This document shows positions 35,130 to 42,569 of a stretch of DNA of 64,000 nt, piece after piece. Origin of the DNA: a virus (lineage: Duplodnaviria; Caudoviricetes); the IMG/VR virus record IMGVR_UViG_3300027733_000056, positions 698 to 64,697 of that record; one strand, given 5' to 3'. The notes under the pieces were generated by a model. That model made no database searches, had not been told where the DNA came from, and saw only the letters and a program-made list of their open reading frames with translations. A program made the position numbers and the translations under genes. Position 1 is the first letter of the stretch, and every line of letters starts with the position of its first letter.

Positions 35130-37111
35130 CTGCCCCGTATGACCGCATACTGACCATTGACTTTGAAACGTATTGGGACAGTAAAAGCTACACGCTATCA
35201 AAGATGACAACCGAGGAGTACATACGTGATAAAAAGTTCATACCTTTCGGCGCTTGTGTCCATGAGTTCGGAAGCGACAGCGACACTCAATGGATTCGAG
35301 GAGACGACTTACCTGAGTTCCTATCTGGAATCAATTGGGGACGAACCGCCGTGCTTGCACATAACGCCCAATTCGATATTGCCATCCTCTCTTGGCGGTA
35401 TAACGTCCGACCCACTTTTATCTTCGACACACTATCAATGGCGCGAGCTTTACGAGGCGTGGAGGTTGGCAACAGTCTTGCCAGACTCGCACTGGAATTT
35501 TCTCTCCCCCCAAAAGGTACTGCTGTTCACTCCACTGATGGATTATTGGAGCTTACCCCCGCCGGGGAGAGTGAACTTGCTAGTTATTGCGCCCATGACG
35601 TACACCTGTGTGAAGAAATATTCAAGCGTCTCGTTGTTGGATACCCTACTTCGGAACTACGCCTCATCGACATGACGCTCAAAATGTACACCGAGCCGGT
35701 GTTGCAGCTTGACCAACTCATGCTGGTCAATGCGTTGGAGGAGGAGAAAGAAAAGCGCGAAGAGCTACTGACAAGGCTGGGTGTGACTGACGCTGCGCTT
35801 GCAAGCAACGGGCAATTTGCTGAGCTGCTGCGCACCCTCAATGTGGAGCCGCCGACCAAGAAGAAAAAGCCCACGGCAAAAACCCCTCACCCCAAGGGTG
35901 TCAACTTTGCCTTCGCCAAGACGGATGCGATGTTCCAAGCCATGCTCAACGGGGACAACGAGGATGTGGCCTCACTGTGCGAGGCTAGGCTCAAGGTCAA
36001 GTCCACCACCGAGCGCACACGGGCGCAGCGATTCTTGGAGATTTCCCAACGCGGCCCACTACCTGTACCCCTGTCGTACTACGGCGCTCTATCGGGGCGC
36101 TGGACAGCCAGCAAGGGCAGCGCCATCAACATGCAGAACCTAAAGCGCAAGTCGTTCCTGCGCAATGCCATCATGGCCCCCAAGGGGTATCAGTTGGTAG
36201 TGGGTGACTTGTCGCAGATCGAGCCGCGTGTGCTGGCGTGGTACTCAGACTACGAAGAGATGCTGGACATCTTTAGATCAGGCGCTGACCCGTATGCTGC
36301 CTTTGGAGCGCAGATGTTTAACATCCCCGGCATGGACAAGGAGAGCCACCCCGACTTGCGTCAGAGCGCCAAGAGCGCGTTGCTGGGTGCGGGGTATGGG
36401 CTAGGCTGGGCATCGTTTGCGCAGCAGCTTCTGACAGGGTTCCTTGGCGCACCGCCCGTGCGCTACAACAAGGACTTTGCCCGCAAGCTGGGGGTGGATT
36501 CGGTGTACGTGCAGAAGTTTGTGGACTGGGAGGACAACCTCAAGAAGATGGCAGAGATTCCCCACACCTGCACAACCAAAGAACTACTTATCCACTGCGT
36601 TGCTGCCAAGAAGATCATCGACATCTATCGCAGCACGGCGCACCCCGTGGTATCCTTTTGGGACATGTGCAGCGGCCTGATTGACTCGGCACTTGCGCAG
36701 GGGCGGGAGTTCAGGTATAAATGCATTGTGTTCAGGAAGGGCGAGATCGAGTTGCCCAACGGCATGAAGCTCCTGTACCCTGACCTGCGCCAAGTCAAAG
36801 ACGATAAGGGCAGAAACCAGTGGGTGTACGGGCAGGATGCCACCAAGCTGTATGCTGGTAAAATAACGAACAACGTAGTGCAGGCAACTGCACGGATTGT
36901 GATGACCGATGGGATGCTCCGCGTAGCAAAAAGCTATCCCATCAAAGGTACAGTGCATGACGAGCTTATTGCCGTTGTGCCCGATACCGAAGTTGAAAAC
37001 GCTAAGACTTGGGTCTTGGCGCAAATGACTATGGAGCCACGGTATATGCCGGGGATTCCGTTAAGCGCTGACGGTGGTGCGCACCGTAGATATGGACTAG
37101 CAAAAGGATAG
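35126..37111 (+). CDS. Family A DNA polymerase with 3'-5' exonuclease
   Basis: IDFET exo motif, DLSQIEPR motif A, RQSAKSALLGAGYG motif B, VHDE motif C. Confidence 0.95.
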   Translation: MTAPYDRILTIDFETYWDSKSYTLSKMTTEEYIRDKKFIPFGACVHEFGSDSDTQWIRGDDLPEFLSGINWGRTAVLAHNAQFDIAILSWRYNVRPTFIFDTLSMARALRGVEVGNSLARLALEFSLPPKGTAVHSTDGLLELTPAGESELASYCAHDVHLCEEIFKRLVVGYPTSELRLIDMTLKMYTEPVLQLDQLMLVNALEEEKEKREELLTRLGVTDAALASNGQFAELLRTLNVEPPTKKKKPTAKTPHPKGVNFAFAKTDAMFQAMLNGDNEDVASLCEARLKVKSTTERTRAQRFLEISQRGPLPVPLSYYGALSGRWTASKGSAINMQNLKRKSFLRNAIMAPKGYQLVVGDLSQIEPRVLAWYSDYEEMLDIFRSGADPYAAFGAQMFNIPGMDKESHPDLRQSAKSALLGAGYGLGWASFAQQLLTGFLGAPPVRYNKDFARKLGVDSVYVQKFVDWEDNLKKMAEIPHTCTTKELLIHCVAAKKIIDIYRSTAHPVVSFWDMCSGLIDSALAQGREFRYKCIVFRKGEIELPNGMKLLYPDLRQVKDDKGRNQWVYGQDATKLYAGKITNNVVQATARIVMTDGMLRVAKSYPIKGTVHDELIAVVPDTEVENAKTWVLAQMTMEPRYMPGIPLSADGGAHRRYGLAKG

Positions 37112-37120
37112 GAGAAACAA

Positions 37121-37459
37121 ATGACAGAATTAAACACACATGCAGGCTTAGCAATAGGCCATGCAAGAGCAAACGATGCAGCTATGCACGCAGGAGATAG
37201 TTGGGTCTCAACAGCTATTGAGGCCTTCAGATCGTACGCAACCATCAACCGATGGTTTACAACAGAACAAGTGCGGCAAGCATTTCCAAATTTGCCTGAA
37301 CCGCCGGACAGACGTGCGTGGGGTGCAGTGCCCCGCATTGCGCAAAAAGAAGGCATTGTTGTACCGCACGGATGGGTGCGCGCTAACAGCCCAACAGTGC
37401 ATGGCATGGTGGTGACTCGCTGGGAGTCAAAAATATACAAAGGAGAAACAACGCAATGA
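37121..37459 (+). CDS. Hypothetical protein (P.D.RAWGAV family)
   Basis: AGGAG RBS. Confidence 0.7.
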   Translation: MTELNTHAGLAIGHARANDAAMHAGDSWVSTAIEAFRSYATINRWFTTEQVRQAFPNLPEPPDRRAWGAVPRIAQKEGIVVPHGWVRANSPTVHGMVVTRWESKIYKGETTQ

Positions 37460-37773
37460 CAGCAAAAGAAAGAACCCCAATCCCACGGCGTATGCGTGTG
37501 GGCAAGCGGATGTACTCGGTAGAGGTGGTCGAGGCTTTGATCGACAAGAACTGTATGGGCCGGGTCAACTACCAGAACCGCAACATACAGATTGCAACGC
37601 ATCATTCCCCCGGACGTAGGATTGCAGGCGCTGACATCCGCGATTCGTTTTGGCACGAGACTATTCATGCCATCTTGCACGACATGGGCAGGGACAACCT
37701 GAACCGTGACGAAGCGTTTGTACGTGGGTTTGCATCCCGGCTTTCCCATGCAATTGACACAGCGAGGTTCTAA
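37456..37773 (+). CDS. Small HExxH zincin-like protein
   Basis: FWHETIHAILH and E.FV motifs. Confidence 0.7.
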   Translation: MTAKERTPIPRRMRVGKRMYSVEVVEALIDKNCMGRVNYQNRNIQIATHHSPGRRIAGADIRDSFWHETIHAILHDMGRDNLNRDEAFVRGFASRLSHAIDTARF

Positions 37774-38439
37774 ATGAAAGTAGTGTCGTGGAGTCATAGT
37801 GCTCTGAAGGATTACGAGGGATGTCCCAAGCGGTATCAAGAGATCAAGGTCTTAAAGAACTACCCGTTCACTGAGACTGAGGCCACAAGGTACGGCAACC
37901 AAGTCCACGAAGCCATTGAGCTATACATCCGCGACAACACGCCCGTGCCTGATGCCTATGCGCAGTTTGTTCCCGTGGTCGATGAGTTACTCAAAAAGCC
38001 CGGACGCAAGCTAGCGGAGCAGCAGATGGCGCTGACCAAGGAACTCAAACCCTGCGATTGGAAAGCAAAAGATGTGTGGGTACGCGGCATTGCGGACTTA
38101 CTTATCATTGACGATGACAACATGACCGCATGGGTTGTGGATTGGAAGACGGGCTCGGATAGATACCCTGACCGCGACCAACTAAAACTCATGTCGATCA
38201 TGGTGTTCGCACACTATCCGCATATCCGCAAGGTCAACTCAGCGCTGTTGTTTATCGTCAAAGGCAGCATGACCAAACACAGCATGACTTTTGACCAAGC
38301 CGAGTCGCACTGGTGGGACTATCGTGAGCGTGCTGCGCGCATCGAGCAAGCCCATGAGACAGGCGTGTGGAACGCCAAGCCTTCGCCGTTATGTCCGTGG
38401 TGTCCGGCCACCACTTGTGTACATCACCCCAAGCACTAA
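37774..38439 (+). CDS. Cas4/RecB-like PD-(D/E)xK exonuclease
   Basis: WS.S.L..YE.CP, G..H, D...DWKTG, QL and C-terminal CxxC..C. Confidence 0.88.
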   Translation: MKVVSWSHSALKDYEGCPKRYQEIKVLKNYPFTETEATRYGNQVHEAIELYIRDNTPVPDAYAQFVPVVDELLKKPGRKLAEQQMALTKELKPCDWKAKDVWVRGIADLLIIDDDNMTAWVVDWKTGSDRYPDRDQLKLMSIMVFAHYPHIRKVNSALLFIVKGSMTKHSMTFDQAESHWWDYRERAARIEQAHETGVWNAKPSPLCPWCPATTCVHHPKH

Positions 38440-38450
38440 AAGGATTGAAT

Positions 38451-38735
38451 ATGTCTTTACATAGTCCCAACGACTTTACGATGTATCCCTGCAAATGCCA
38501 TATTTGCTACAAAGATATTGACGAACAGCATTACGCCATTGAACACTCGGGTCACGGGCAAATGATGCAAGAAAAACTTTTGGAAAGCTACGTTACAGTT
38601 TGGATGCACCCCGAATGCGCGACTATTATGATGCTGCGCTTGGCACACGATGTCATGAGAATAAGAAACACGCCAAATCAACCACGGCGCGTTGTTGACT
38701 TATTGCAAGATACAGTCAAACGCAATAAACTTTAA
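38451..38735 (+). CDS. Zn-finger-like hypothetical protein
   Basis: CHIC...HPEC. Confidence 0.6.
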   Translation: MSLHSPNDFTMYPCKCHICYKDIDEQHYAIEHSGHGQMMQEKLLESYVTVWMHPECATIMMLRLAHDVMRIRNTPNQPRRVVDLLQDTVKRNKL

Positions 38736-38747
38736 GAAGGAAACATC

Positions 38748-38984
38748 ATGGCAACAAAACGTGACTACAAAAAAGAATACAAGCAAGACATCAAGACCGG
38801 CAAGTCCGGCCCTGATTCTGACCAGCATGAACGACAACGAGCGCGGCGTGCATACGATGCCAAAGGCGTTGACCGCGCTGGCAAAGACATTGACCACATC
38901 AAGCCCCTGCGCAAGGGTGGTAAGTCAACACCGGGCAACCTGAGACTACGAAGTAAGAGTGCCAACCAAGGCGACAACAAATAA
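38748..38984 (+). CDS. Small HNH-motif protein
   Basis: GKDIDH..PL.KGG....NLR.....N. Confidence 0.8.
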   Translation: MATKRDYKKEYKQDIKTGKSGPDSDQHERQRARRAYDAKGVDRAGKDIDHIKPLRKGGKSTPGNLRLRSKSANQGDNK

Positions 38985-38999
38985 CTACATGAGAAGCAA

Positions 39000-40559
39000 A
39001 TGCAAATCGTTGAAGACAAAGCAATACTCCTAAAGACACGAAACCCAGACAAATACGCCATCATCCCCAAGCACAAAGTCGTTAGCGAAAGCAACGGCAC
39101 GTACGAGGTGTTGGTGTACTGGGGGCTGGAGGAGGTCAAGGTACTACGCAACTTGGGTGTGAAGGATGCGCCCTCACCAATCGTCAGGCGCTATGGTTGG
39201 CCCGGACGATACAAGCCAATGGATCACCAGCGGGTCACCTCTGAGTTCCTGACGCTAAACCGCAAAGCCTTCGTGTTCTCTGAGCCGGGTACGGGCAAGA
39301 CACTATCGGCGCTGTGGGCTGCGGACTACCTGATGGGTATCGGCAAGGTACGCCGCGTACTTATCCTGTGCCCCCTGTCGATCATGCAGTCAGCTTGGCT
39401 GGGAGACTTGAGCAACAGCATCATCCACCGATCTGCCGTTGTAGCGCACCATGCGCAGTCTAGCCGCCGTATCGAGATGGTGCAGCAGAACTATGAGTTT
39501 GTCATCACCAACTACGATGGGCTGAACCTGATCGCTGACGAGGTGCGCAAGGACGGGCGCTTTGACTTGGTGATTGTGGATGAGGCCAACGCATACAAGA
39601 CGCAGACCACGCGGCGCTGGAAGGCGCTGGCCGCCGTCCTGACCCCGGACACCTACTTGTGGATGATGACGGGCACACCGGCCTCACAGTCCCCAGCGGA
39701 TGCGTACGGGCTGGCTAAGCTGGTCAACCCCAACAACGTGCCTAAGTTTTACACTGCATGGCGCGACATGGTGATGAACAAAGTGACCATGTTCAAGTGG
39801 GCCGCTAAGCCCAACGCCGCTGACACCGTACACGTTGCGCTCCAGCCAGCCATCCGGTTCACCAAAGCACAGTGCTTGGACTTGCCTGATGTGCTGACCA
39901 CCACCCGCCTAGTACCCCTGACCTCGCAGCAAGCCAAGTACTACAACTTGCTCAAAGAGCGCATGACCGCCATTGCCGCAGGGGAGACGATCACGGCGGT
40001 CAACGCCGCTGCCAACCTCAGCAAGCTGTTGCAAATATCGTGTGGTGCGGTGTACACCGATGACAAAGACGTTGTGCAGTTCGATGCTGCCCCGCGTCTG
40101 TCGGTGCTTGAAGAGATACTGGACGAGACAGATAGGAAGGTCATCATCTTTGCGTTGTTTCGCTCCAGCATCGACACCATCCACCAGCACCTGCTCAAGA
40201 AGGGCGTAGCGGTGGAGTGCATCCACGGCGGGGTCACGCCCAACAAACGCGCTGACATCATCCGCCGGTTTCAAAACGAGAAAGACCCACGGGTCTTGGT
40301 GCTGCAACCGCAAGCATCGGCCCACGGGATAACCCTAACAGCCGCTGACACTGTGGTGTTCTTTGGCCCCTTGATGAGCGTGGAGCAGTACATCCAGTGC
40401 ATTGCCCGTGCTGACCGCAAGGGGCAGAACTCCGATAAGGTCACAGTTATCCACATAGAAGGTAGCCCGGTGGAGAAGAAGATGTTCACAGCTTTGGCCT
40501 CCAAGGTTGTGGATAACTCGCTGCTCACCCGTATGTTTGAAAGTGAAATAAATTCTTAA
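39000..40559 (+). CDS. SNF2-family helicase
   Basis: PGTGKT, VDEA, MTGTP, HGITLT and Q..AR..R.GQ motifs. Confidence 0.93.
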   Translation: MQIVEDKAILLKTRNPDKYAIIPKHKVVSESNGTYEVLVYWGLEEVKVLRNLGVKDAPSPIVRRYGWPGRYKPMDHQRVTSEFLTLNRKAFVFSEPGTGKTLSALWAADYLMGIGKVRRVLILCPLSIMQSAWLGDLSNSIIHRSAVVAHHAQSSRRIEMVQQNYEFVITNYDGLNLIADEVRKDGRFDLVIVDEANAYKTQTTRRWKALAAVLTPDTYLWMMTGTPASQSPADAYGLAKLVNPNNVPKFYTAWRDMVMNKVTMFKWAAKPNAADTVHVALQPAIRFTKAQCLDLPDVLTTTRLVPLTSQQAKYYNLLKERMTAIAAGETITAVNAAANLSKLLQISCGAVYTDDKDVVQFDAAPRLSVLEEILDETDRKVIIFALFRSSIDTIHQHLLKKGVAVECIHGGVTPNKRADIIRRFQNEKDPRVLVLQPQASAHGITLTAADTVVFFGPLMSVEQYIQCIARADRKGQNSDKVTVIHIEGSPVEKKMFTALASKVVDNSLLTRMFESEINS

Positions 40560-40567
40560 GAAAGGAG

Positions 40568-40610
40568 TTGCAGGCCCAGAAAATTCGTGTAGACTGTCAA
40601 GTCTTAGACA
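40568..40610 (+). promoter_or_regulatory. Putative sigma70 promoter with imperfect palindrome TGTCAAGTCTTAGACA
   Basis: TTGCAG-16-TAGACT followed by palindrome at 40595-40610. Confidence 0.45.
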
Positions 40611-40628
40611 AAACAACAGGAGAAGTAA

Positions 40629-41033
40629 ATGACTGAAATCACCGTCCCTATGGACAAGCTAGCCCGGATTTATCGTAAGATAAAAACCGAAATTGACACG
40701 CTAACTCAGGAGTACGACAACAAGTTGGAAACTTTGAAAGCGCAACAAGACGAACTCAAGTTCGCTATGAAAGATCAGATGCAGGCGCTTGGCGTCAAGT
40801 CTGTGCAGACTGCCTTCGGAACTGTAGCCATGATCCACAAGACGCGCTACTCCACACAAGACTGGGACTCGTTCAAGAAATTTATTGTTGAACATGATGT
40901 CGTAGACCTGTTGGAGAAGCGTATCGCGCAGACCAATATGGCAAGGTTTTTGGAGGAGAACCCCGGTTCAGTGCCCCCTGGCCTGAATTCGTTTTCGGAT
41001 TTTGAAATCCGCGTAACTAAACCAAGTAAGTGA
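40629..41033 (+). CDS. Coiled-coil phage protein (DW..F..F......LL.KR...PPG family)
   Basis: Motif; strong RBS. Confidence 0.75.
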   Translation: MTEITVPMDKLARIYRKIKTEIDTLTQEYDNKLETLKAQQDELKFAMKDQMQALGVKSVQTAFGTVAMIHKTRYSTQDWDSFKKFIVEHDVVDLLEKRIAQTNMARFLEENPGSVPPGLNSFSDFEIRVTKPSK

Positions 41034-41043
41034 GGTATGTACC

Positions 41044-42039
41044 ATGAGTAATGTTTCTATTTTTTCCGCCTCGAAAGTCCCCGCTTTCGCCCGCAACAAC
41101 GCAATGTCTGACACTGCCCGTGCCCTCACTGGCGGCGGTGCTATCGGCTCCACAGGCAAGCGCATCTCCATCAAAGGCGGCGTGTTTCGTTTGATCGACG
41201 GCGGCAAAGAACTTGCCGCCATTGACGAGCGCCATTTGGATGTGGTCATCATCAAGGCAGCGCCTGAAGTGAGCCGCCAGTTCTACGCCGCAGCGTACAA
41301 CGCCGATACTGTGTCGGCCCCTGACTGCACCAGCAATGACGGCAAGACCCCTGATGCTTCGTCCAAGAACAAGCAAGCTGAGACCTGCATGGCCTGCGCA
41401 CAGAACCAAGCGGGCTCGGGTCAAGGCAATAGCCGCGCCTGTCGCTACTTGCAGCGTATGGCTGTGGTGCTGGCTAACGACATGGATGGCTCGGTGATGC
41501 AGTTGACGCTGCCCGCTACGTCGATCTTTGGTAAGGAGCAAGGTGACAAGCGTGCCCTGCAAGCCTACGCCCGTTACTTGGCAGCGCAGAACCCGCCGGT
41601 TAACCCTGAGCAGATCGTGACCCGCATGAAGTTTGACACGACTTCAGAAGCGCCCAAACTGCTGTTCGCGGCAACCCGCTGGCTGACCGATGACGAGTAC
41701 GACACTGTGCAGACGCAGGCCGAGACAGACGATGCCAAGAAGGCCATCGTTGCTTTGGGTGCTAGCGCACCGACTGCGGCTCCGCTGCAACTGACGGGCG
41801 CAAAGCCGATGGGCCAACTCGTGAATGAGGAACATGCTGCCGCCTATGAACCCATTGCTGCAAAGGCTGCAAAGGCTGCAAAGGCTGCAAAGGCCAAGCC
41901 AGCCCCTGTGGTGGTCGAGGAAGAGGAGGACACTGCTCCTGAGCCCGAGGTGCGCAAGGCCACTGCCAAGCCAACGGCTGTGCCTGCTTCCAAAGGCAAG
42001 CTGGCTGACATCGTGTCCGCTTGGGACGACGAGGAGTAA
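41044..42039 (+). CDS. Putative ssDNA-binding / annealing protein
   Basis: RISIKGG.FR, Cys cluster, Ala/Lys-rich linker, acidic WDDEE tail; replication context. Confidence 0.6.
   Translation: MSNVSIFSASKVPAFARNNAMSDTARALTGGGAIGSTGKRISIKGGVFRLIDGGKELAAIDERHLDVVIIKAAPEVSRQFYAAAYNADTVSAPDCTSNDGKTPDASSKNKQAETCMACAQNQAGSGQGNSRACRYLQRMAVVLANDMDGSVMQLTLPATSIFGKEQGDKRALQAYARYLAAQNPPVNPEQIVTRMKFDTTSEAPKLLFAATRWLTDDEYDTVQTQAETDDAKKAIVALGASAPTAAPLQLTGAKPMGQLVNEEHAAAYEPIAAKAAKAAKAAKAKPAPVVVEEEEDTAPEPEVRKATAKPTAVPASKGKLADIVSAWDDEE
41857..41892 (+). repeat. GCTGCAAAG x4 tandem repeat (AAK x4)
   Basis: Exact 9-bp repeat. Confidence 0.95.
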
Positions 42040-42046
42040 TTAAATC

Positions 42047-42103
42047 GGGGGGAAAGCGGATGCTGTGTAAACCGTAAAGCGTAGCAGTGCAGCGAGTACC
42101 CCC
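42047..42103 (+). ncRNA. Candidate structured RNA with GAA/AGUA internal loop
   Basis: GGGGG/CCCCC outer stem and GCUGUG/UGCAGC inner stem. Confidence 0.45.
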
Positions 42104-42121
42104 ACCTTTTACAGAGACGAT

Positions 42122-42400
42122 ATGGCTTACTCACAAAAAATTATTGACATGGTGGCATCGTCGCCTAAAACGCCGGGTAACCAGCTTGGGCGGTGGGCCA
42201 TCCATCTCAACTTTCCCGTTACAAAAATCGCCTACGCATTGGGTGTTACCCGCCAGACCGTGTACAACTGGTTTGAGGGTAAGGATGTCTTTGTGGCATA
42301 TCAAAATCGCGTAGACCTACTGTTATCAATTATGTCCACATCGGCTACGGCCAATGAGGCTTGGAGAAGAATATGCAAAGCCTACAACCTCAATCCCTGA
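42122..42400 (+). CDS. XRE-type HTH regulator
   Basis: IA..LGVTRQTVYNWF.G. Confidence 0.85.
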   Translation: MAYSQKIIDMVASSPKTPGNQLGRWAIHLNFPVTKIAYALGVTRQTVYNWFEGKDVFVAYQNRVDLLLSIMSTSATANEAWRRICKAYNLNP

Positions 42401-42549
42401 CAAACGACGAGCTTGAGCGCCTGATCTACATCACCAAACCGAGCGAGCTATCCGCTGAGTGGGTAGCGGAGTTGCTGCGCCGCACGCAGGGTGACTGGAG
42501 TGAAACAAAACCCAAAGACCCCGCGCAGCTAGAACTCGACCTGTCTTAA
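42373..42549 (+). CDS. Small protein with C-terminal clamp-binding-like QLELDL
   Basis: Translation. Confidence 0.6.
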   Translation: MQSLQPQSLTNDELERLIYITKPSELSAEWVAELLRRTQGDWSETKPKDPAQLELDLS

Positions 42550-42569
42550 ACCATTTCCCAAGGATACCT

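Noticed and set aside
20626-37111. Introns or inteins in terminase or polymerase; stop-codon recoding
   Set aside because: Both ORFs are uninterrupted and of ordinary length, and genes tile densely under the standard code with all three stops in use.
36934-37839. 301-aa minus-strand ORF
   Set aside because: Antisense shadow across four well-supported plus-strand genes; no recognisable motifs.
37774-38439. Cas4 as evidence of a CRISPR-Cas system
   Set aside because: Solo Cas4-like nuclease in a phage replication module; no cas1, cas2 or array.
42047-42115. tRNA gene
   Set aside because: No cloverleaf, T-loop (GTTC) or D-loop consensus.
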